Of a stretch of 32,000 nt of DNA, positions 27,260-32,000 are shown in pieces. Source of the stretch: an uncultured bacterium. GTDB lineage: Bacteria; Patescibacteriota; Gracilibacteria; UBA1369; PNNO01. The notes below the pieces were generated by a model. The model was not told the origin of the DNA and made no database searches. It worked only from the letters and a program-made list of their open reading frames with translations. Position 1 is the first letter of the stretch. The number at the start of each line of letters is the position of its first letter. Position numbers and translations under genes: made by a program. Where the stretch lies: assembly GCA_963704705.1 (NCBI GenBank), contig OY969931.1:90001-122000 (forward strand), written 5' to 3'.

Positions 27260-27338
27260 GATTAATTTGGTTAATAAAATTACATATAACAGTATCTCAT
27301 TATTGAGAAATTTTTCAAGGTGTGTAATAATTAAATTT

Positions 27339-27896
27339 GTGGCTAAAATAATTATAAAAAAATCAATTCGCAAAACAATATCGTTGTCTGTTGAAGAGGA
27401 CGGGATTGTTTTGGCGAGAGCACCAAGGTATGTTTCGAATAAACAGATTGAAGATTTTATATACGAAAAAAAATCATGGATTAATAAAAGACTTGCGGAA
27501 ATGAAGGAAAGAAAAGAAAAAGCTCAAAGATTCAATGATTTGATTGATCCGAATAAAACAATTTATTATCGCGAAAAAGCACGTTCACTTTTAACGGATC
27601 GAACCGATTATTATGCTGAAAAATTTGGCCTTAAATATAACGGTATACGAATTAATGGCGCAAGAACACGCTGGGGTTCATGCAATTATAAAAATGGCCT
27701 AAACTTCAATTGGAAGATTTTATTTGCACCTCCTCAGGTTATGGATTATTTGGTTGTGCATGAGCTTGCACACACAATCCATAAAAATCACAAAAAATTA
27801 TTTTGGAATAAAGTTGCTTTAATGCATCCGGAACATAAAGAATCACGCAAATGGCTTAGGCAGAATCAGCATTTACTTGAGGCAAAATTATCCTAG
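27339..27896 (+). CDS. YgjP-like (DUF45) M48-type metallopeptidase; start probably GTG at 27339
   Basis: RTRWGSCNYKNGLNFNWKILFAPPQVMDYLVVHELAHTIHKNHKKLFWNKVALMHPEHKESRKWLR with HELAH zinc motif. Confidence 0.92.
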   Translation: MAKIIIKKSIRKTISLSVEEDGIVLARAPRYVSNKQIEDFIYEKKSWINKRLAEMKERKEKAQRFNDLIDPNKTIYYREKARSLLTDRTDYYAEKFGLKYNGIRINGARTRWGSCNYKNGLNFNWKILFAPPQVMDYLVVHELAHTIHKNHKKLFWNKVALMHPEHKESRKWLRQNQHLLEAKLS

Positions 27897-28791
27897 GGAA
27901 AACATGATATAAATATGCGATAAACACACTTAATAAAAATATTGCACTTAAGTATTCATGGAATAAATTTATCGCGAGTTCAGGTGAATAAAAAGCGCCA
28001 ACCGAAACAATAATCGCGATTCGAATAATGTTTAGAATAAACAGCACTACCAATCCGGCGAAAAGTGCCAGAGCAGCTTTTAATGAATTAATTTTGGCTT
28101 TTTTCTTTATCATCATCAATGCCGCAACAAATAAAAAGCTAAAAGTAACCATTGAATAAATTCCCGAACACGTTGCCCCGACAATAACTTCAAACTTTTC
28201 CATACGAACCAAAAGCTGGCTTGGATCAATAGTCACCAGTTTTGAAAATAATGGCAGAACAAATGCAAGTGCGGATAAAATTACACCTGAAAAATATATC
28301 CAAAGTGATTCAAGAAGTATATCGCTGGCAGTATAAAGTGTGATTACATAAGTAAGCAAAAATAATTCTGATGAGAATTTTTTAATGAATTTAACATTGA
28401 ATATCGCGCAGAATAAAAATATAAAACCCAGAAACAGAGGATAATAATAAATAAAAGTTCCAGGTACGTTGTCACCGAAAAACAAATAAACTCCTCTTAA
28501 CGGTAAAAGAAAAACCGTTATTGCTGCTATACTGAAAAGAAGCGTTTGCCAAAATTTGTTTTTAATTGGCTCCATTTCTTTAAGTTGCTTCCATCTAAAA
28601 AGCACAAAGAGCGAAACAACCGGATACATCAAATAAATAAAGTATGGTTGATAAAAACTTTGTTTATAGCCAAGAAATCTAGAAGTAAATTCAGAATGAT
28701 ATGTGAAAATCAGTGCATATAGCACCAGAAACAATCCAAGCCGCACAAAAAATCCAAAGGTTTTATGATTTTTAATTTTTGCCAAATTCAT
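27856..28791 (-). CDS. Exosortase/archaeosortase family-like integral membrane protein
   Basis: Polytopic; ordered triad motifs VGATCSGIYSM (Cys), FILNIIRIAIIV (Arg), NLFHEYLSAIFLLS (His). Confidence 0.8.
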   Translation of the reverse strand: MNLAKIKNHKTFGFFVRLGLFLVLYALIFTYHSEFTSRFLGYKQSFYQPYFIYLMYPVVSLFVLFRWKQLKEMEPIKNKFWQTLLFSIAAITVFLLPLRGVYLFFGDNVPGTFIYYYPLFLGFIFLFCAIFNVKFIKKFSSELFLLTYVITLYTASDILLESLWIYFSGVILSALAFVLPLFSKLVTIDPSQLLVRMEKFEVIVGATCSGIYSMVTFSFLFVAALMMIKKKAKINSLKAALALFAGLVVLFILNIIRIAIIVSVGAFYSPELAINLFHEYLSAIFLLSVFIAYLYHVFPRIILPQVNADSA

Positions 28792-28942
28792 AATTTTTTG
28801 TTTTTTATATCCTGATTATTATAGCATTTTTGGCTTAAACTTGCAATGTTTAGACAATAGAGTAAAATTAATATATTAAGAAAATATAAAATTCAAAAAT
28901 AATTAATGCCAACAGGCATAATAAAAAAATAACCCAATAATT

Positions 28943-29527
28943 ATGGAACACAAAACTATTGAGCTGCCATATGCATTCGATGCCTTGGAGCCTCATATCG
29001 ACGCAAAGACCATGGAGGTTCATTATTCCAAACACCATCAGGGATATGCCGCTAAAATGAATGAAGTTTTAGCAAAATATCCAAACCTTGCGGATGAAGA
29101 TCCTGAAGAATTATTAAAAAAAGTTGATTCTCTGGATATGGATGTTGTGGATAAACAAAAATTTATTAATTTCGGCGGAGGATTTGTAAATCATAATCTC
29201 TTCTGGTCAGTAATGGGACCTGAAAAACAAATTGACGAAAATCTTGTTGCGCAAATTGAAAAAACATTTGGCAGCATGGACGCATTCAAAGAAAAATTTA
29301 ATGGCCTTGCCGGAACTTTATTTGGCAGCGGATGGACATGGTTAGTAAAAGACCCAGAAGGAGAACTTGAAGTATACAACCTTCCTAATCAGGATTCACC
29401 TTTATCAAAAGGTCACACACCTATTTTAACTTTGGATGTTTGGGAGCATGCTTACTACCTTAAATACCAAAACCGCAGACCCGAATATATTGATGCGTGG
29501 TGGAATGTTGTGAAAATGATACCTTAA
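28943..29527 (+). CDS. sod: Fe/Mn superoxide dismutase
   Basis: IELPYAFDALEPHIDAKTMEVHYSKHHQGYAAKMNE; NHNLFWSVM; GSGWTWLV; LPNQDSPL; LDVWEHAYYLKYQNRRPEYIDAWW. Confidence 0.96.
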   Translation: MEHKTIELPYAFDALEPHIDAKTMEVHYSKHHQGYAAKMNEVLAKYPNLADEDPEELLKKVDSLDMDVVDKQKFINFGGGFVNHNLFWSVMGPEKQIDENLVAQIEKTFGSMDAFKEKFNGLAGTLFGSGWTWLVKDPEGELEVYNLPNQDSPLSKGHTPILTLDVWEHAYYLKYQNRRPEYIDAWWNVVKMIP

Positions 29528-30585
29528 TAAAGATTGATATATTTTATTTGTAGTTTATCAGAGCCGAAGCTTAACGCTTCGGCTTTTTTATAAGGAATAT
29601 CCGTGTTAATTGAAGGAATGCCTTTATCAAATTTTTGCTCTGCTGTGAAAATTTGTATTTGATCAACCAATCCCGCTTCCAAAAATGACTTCCAAATTTG
29701 CGGTCCGCCTTCAGCTAAAATAGAACTTATATTTAATGTCGCAAGTTTTTCGAGCATATCCTTCAAATCAACATGGCCGCCCTTTGATTTGCATTTTATA
29801 ACTTTAATATTGTGCGGATTTTGAAATTTCGTATCTTCTCCGACTAACCAGATTGTTTTTTCAGCATATTCATCCGTGAGGATTTTTTTTGATGAGCTTA
29901 TCATCTCAGCGTGGGTATCCAAAACAAGCCTCAGCGGTTGCCGTCCGGTTACATGCCGAATAGTCAGCTCCGGATTATCCTTTATTAGAGTGGTTTTCCC
30001 GATTAGTACGGCGTCATACCAAGCTCTCATTTCGTGAACAAAAGTTCTGCTTTTCTGATTTGTGATGTGCGGGCAGGAGCCATCCGGGTATGCAATGAAG
30101 TGGTCAGATGTTTGTGCAATTTTTAAGGTAACATATGGAAGCCCTGTTTTAATAAATTTAAAGAAAAATTGATTAAGCAAAATGCATTCTTCTTCTAAAA
30201 TTCCGGTTTCAACTTCAATTCCTGCTTTTTGAAGTGCTTCCACACCTCTTCCAGAAACCTGTTTATTTGGATCAAGACTACCCACAACAACATTACTTAT
30301 TTTTTCTTTGATAATTCTTTCAGTACATGGGCTTGTTTTGCCTTTAAAGCAGCATGGTTCCAAATTAACATAAAGAACTGCGCCTTCTGCCCCCCCTTTT
30401 ATTTTATCCAGAGCATCGATTTCTGCATGTTTGTCTCCGAATTTATGATGATAGCCTTCGGCTAAAATTTTACCGTCTTTTACAACAACACAACCAACCA
30501 AAGGATTTGGGCTTGTTAATCCCTTTCCTTTTGAAGCAAGTTCTATGCATTTTTTTATATAATCTTTTTTATCCATGGCCTTCAT
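29524..30585 (-). CDS. ribD: Bifunctional diaminohydroxyphosphoribosylaminopyrimidine deaminase / 5-amino-6-(5-phosphoribosylamino)uracil reductase
   Basis: ASKGKGLTSPNPLVGCVVVKDGKILAEGYHHKFGDKHAEIDAL, NLEPCCFKGKTSPCTERI; reductase domain LPYVTLKIAQTSD, SSILAEGGPQIWKSFLEAGLVD. Confidence 0.95.
   Translation of the reverse strand: MKAMDKKDYIKKCIELASKGKGLTSPNPLVGCVVVKDGKILAEGYHHKFGDKHAEIDALDKIKGGAEGAVLYVNLEPCCFKGKTSPCTERIIKEKISNVVVGSLDPNKQVSGRGVEALQKAGIEVETGILEEECILLNQFFFKFIKTGLPYVTLKIAQTSDHFIAYPDGSCPHITNQKSRTFVHEMRAWYDAVLIGKTTLIKDNPELTIRHVTGRQPLRLVLDTHAEMISSSKKILTDEYAEKTIWLVGEDTKFQNPHNIKVIKCKSKGGHVDLKDMLEKLATLNISSILAEGGPQIWKSFLEAGLVDQIQIFTAEQKFDKGIPSINTDIPYKKAEALSFGSDKLQIKYINLY
29562..29589 (+). 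terminator. Strong rho-independent terminator of sod, located inside the ribD coding sequence
   Basis: AGCCGAAGC-TTAAC-GCTTCGGCT perfect 9-bp stem followed by a T run. Confidence 0.9.
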
Positions 30586-30654
30586 TCTAGAAAAAATTCA
30601 AAAACAATACAAATTAATGTATAATTTTTAATTGAGTATTCTTAACCGACGATT

Positions 30655-30945
30655 ATGTACAAATGTCAGTCATGTGGATTCACATCTGAACAAGCGGGTG
30701 AACATTGTGGTATGCCTATGGTAGAGGTAGCTACAACACCTACGGAAGGAGCGCCAGCTCCAGCAGAATCAGCACCAGCGCCTGAAGCGCCAGCGCCAGC
30801 ACCAGCACCTGAAGCGCCAGCACCAGCACCAGCGCCTGAAGCGCCAGCACCAGCTGAACCAGCTCCGGGCACACCAGCGTCTGCGCCTGAAATGCCTGCA
30901 ACTCCGGCTGCTGAGCCGCCTGTTGAAGAAAAACCTCCAATGTAA
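30655..30945 (+). CDS. Small zinc-ribbon-like protein with Pro/Ala-rich repetitive C-terminus
   Basis: MYKCQSCGFTSEQAGEHCGMPM (CxxC...C), then PEAPAPAPA-type repeats. Confidence 0.75.
   Translation: MYKCQSCGFTSEQAGEHCGMPMVEVATTPTEGAPAPAESAPAPEAPAPAPAPEAPAPAPAPEAPAPAEPAPGTPASAPEMPATPAAEPPVEEKPPM
30781..30861 (+). repeat. 27-bp tandem repeat (three units, last one degenerate) within the Pro/Ala-rich ORF
   Basis: CCTGAAGCGCCAGC(G/A)CCAGCACCAGC(A/G) starting at 30781, 30808 and 30835. Confidence 0.85.
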
Positions 30946-30955
30946 AACTAATTCA

Positions 30956-31816
30956 ATGCTAAAAATATTTTTAAAAGCATTTAAGGAATGGGGTAATGGC
31001 AGAGCATCAAATTATGCCGCTGCCCTTACGTTTTACGCATTATTTGCCCTTGCACCTATAATCATTATTGTGATTGCGGGTGCAGGGGCTATTTTTGGTG
31101 AACAGGCAGCAAGAGGAGAGATTGTTGTACAAATTCAATCTCTTGTTGGACACGAAATTGCTTCTGCGATTCAGGTAATTATTGAAAATGCAAATATAAG
31201 CAGCGGTAATATTATCATTGCTACTTTAAGTTTCTTATTGTTCTTATTTGCTGCAAGCAGAATAGTAACAAGTTTAAAATATGCTTTAAACAGAACATGG
31301 GATAAAGAACTAACAAGATTTAAAAAGGTCCATCACGCTATAAAATCACAATTTTTATCAATGCTCGCAATAGTCGCTTTTGGATTTTTGCTTGTTTTAC
31401 TTATTTTAGTAAGTGGAATTATGGCTACTGTATGGGTCTATTTGGCAAATTTTTTGCCAGTCGGATCATCACTGTTTCAAATTTTGAATATAATAATTTC
31501 TTTCGGTGTAATAACTTTTGTAATTGCGGCAATAAATAAATATTTACCGGATATTGAGATAGCATGGAAAGATGTTTGGATTGGTGCCGCAGTAACAACA
31601 ATACTCTTTATGCTTGGAAATTATTTGATAGGTTTATATTTGCGCAATGTTTCAGTTGGTTCGGTTTATGGAGCTGCCGGATCACTCGTGCTTATATTGA
31701 TTTGGCTTTATTACAGCTTCCAGATTTTTCTTTTCGGAGCTGAATTTACAAGGGTATATTCGGAAAACAAAGGTACATACCGTGGAATTTTTAAGAAAAT
31801 TTTAGATTTATTTTAG
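30956..31816 (+). CDS. YihY/virulence factor BrkB family membrane protein
   Basis: KAFKEWGNGRASNYAAALTFYALFALAPIIIIVIAGAGAIFG; LKYALNRTWD; NKYLPDIEIAWKDVWIGAAVTTILFMLGNYLIGLYL; YGAAGSLVLILIWLYYSFQIFLFGAEFTRVYSE. Start re-assigned from 30923. Confidence 0.93.
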   Translation: MLKIFLKAFKEWGNGRASNYAAALTFYALFALAPIIIIVIAGAGAIFGEQAARGEIVVQIQSLVGHEIASAIQVIIENANISSGNIIIATLSFLLFLFAASRIVTSLKYALNRTWDKELTRFKKVHHAIKSQFLSMLAIVAFGFLLVLLILVSGIMATVWVYLANFLPVGSSLFQILNIIISFGVITFVIAAINKYLPDIEIAWKDVWIGAAVTTILFMLGNYLIGLYLRNVSVGSVYGAAGSLVLILIWLYYSFQIFLFGAEFTRVYSENKGTYRGIFKKILDLF

Positions 31817-31876
31817 ATTTTTTTAACAGAAATTTAATTTTTTTCTGTTTTAATTTAGCCCCTAACTAATAAATCA

Positions 31877-32000
31877 TGGCTGAACTTTTTCTTATTTCCC
31901 CGCATTATCCCCTTAAATTTTTACAGTTTATTAAGAAGCAGATAACAGAACAGGGGTTAAATTGTGAAGTATTAAGTTCACCAATTGAAGCGCTAACTAA
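31877..32000 (+). CDS. 5' end of an unidentified ORF running off the window
   Basis: ATG at 31877 gives MAELFLISPHYPLKFLQFIKKQITEQGLNCEVLSSPIEALT..., open to the edge; not in the supplied track. Confidence 0.45.

Noticed and set aside
26774-27373. 199-aa version of the ferritin-like ORF
   Set aside because: The first 38 residues are low-complexity hydrophobic and homology-like sequence begins at MGTKGIEILDLD; start placed at 27259.
30666-30940. Minus-strand ORFs 30666..30872 and 30740..30940 (Gly/Ala-rich and Leu/Ala/Gln-rich)
   Set aside because: They are reading-frame reflections of the 27-bp GC-rich tandem repeat, not independent genes.
1-32000. Alternative genetic code (UGA=Gly as in Gracilibacteria/SR1)
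   Set aside because: Conserved proteins (MurA, Lgt, SOD, DnaB) read through without internal UGA, and ORFs terminate at expected places with the standard code.

Overview
The window is an AT-rich (roughly 35-40% GC by eye), densely packed bacterial chromosome segment using the standard code. The gene content suggests a Candidate Phyla Radiation / Peregrinibacteria-like organism, but that lineage call is inference. Most of it is housekeeping: dnaB (partial), yraN, a comM/yifB-like ATPase, murJ divergent from murA, a CorC/HlyC transporter, argS, tRNA-Ser(UGA), a P3-type H+-ATPase, a SemiSWEET-like protein, an AlkD-like repair protein, a ZIP transporter, lgt, a ferritin-like protein, a YgjP-like metallopeptidase, an exosortase-like protein, Fe/Mn SOD, ribD and YihY. 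Two S-layer-homology proteins and a large LPETG-tailed FN3/Ig surface protein are also present. No CRISPR array, transposase or phage module was found. Items most worth a second look: (1) four 18-bp tandem units, each with an ATYAC-N3-GTRAT palindrome, between murJ and murA, with apparently leaderless promoters on both sides; (2) an arginyl-tRNA synthetase with a B3/B4-like (PheRS-beta-type) N-terminal domain and a deviant HIGH motif (GVHH); (3) a compositionally foreign GC-rich mini-locus at about 25.61-25.98 kb with a near-consensus promoter, a perfect Shine-Dalgarno sequence, a 68-aa ORF and a structured 3' end; (4) paralogous small membrane proteins, with conserved upstream DNA, bracketing the H+-ATPase; (5) a strong terminator for sod embedded in the coding sequence of the convergent ribD.
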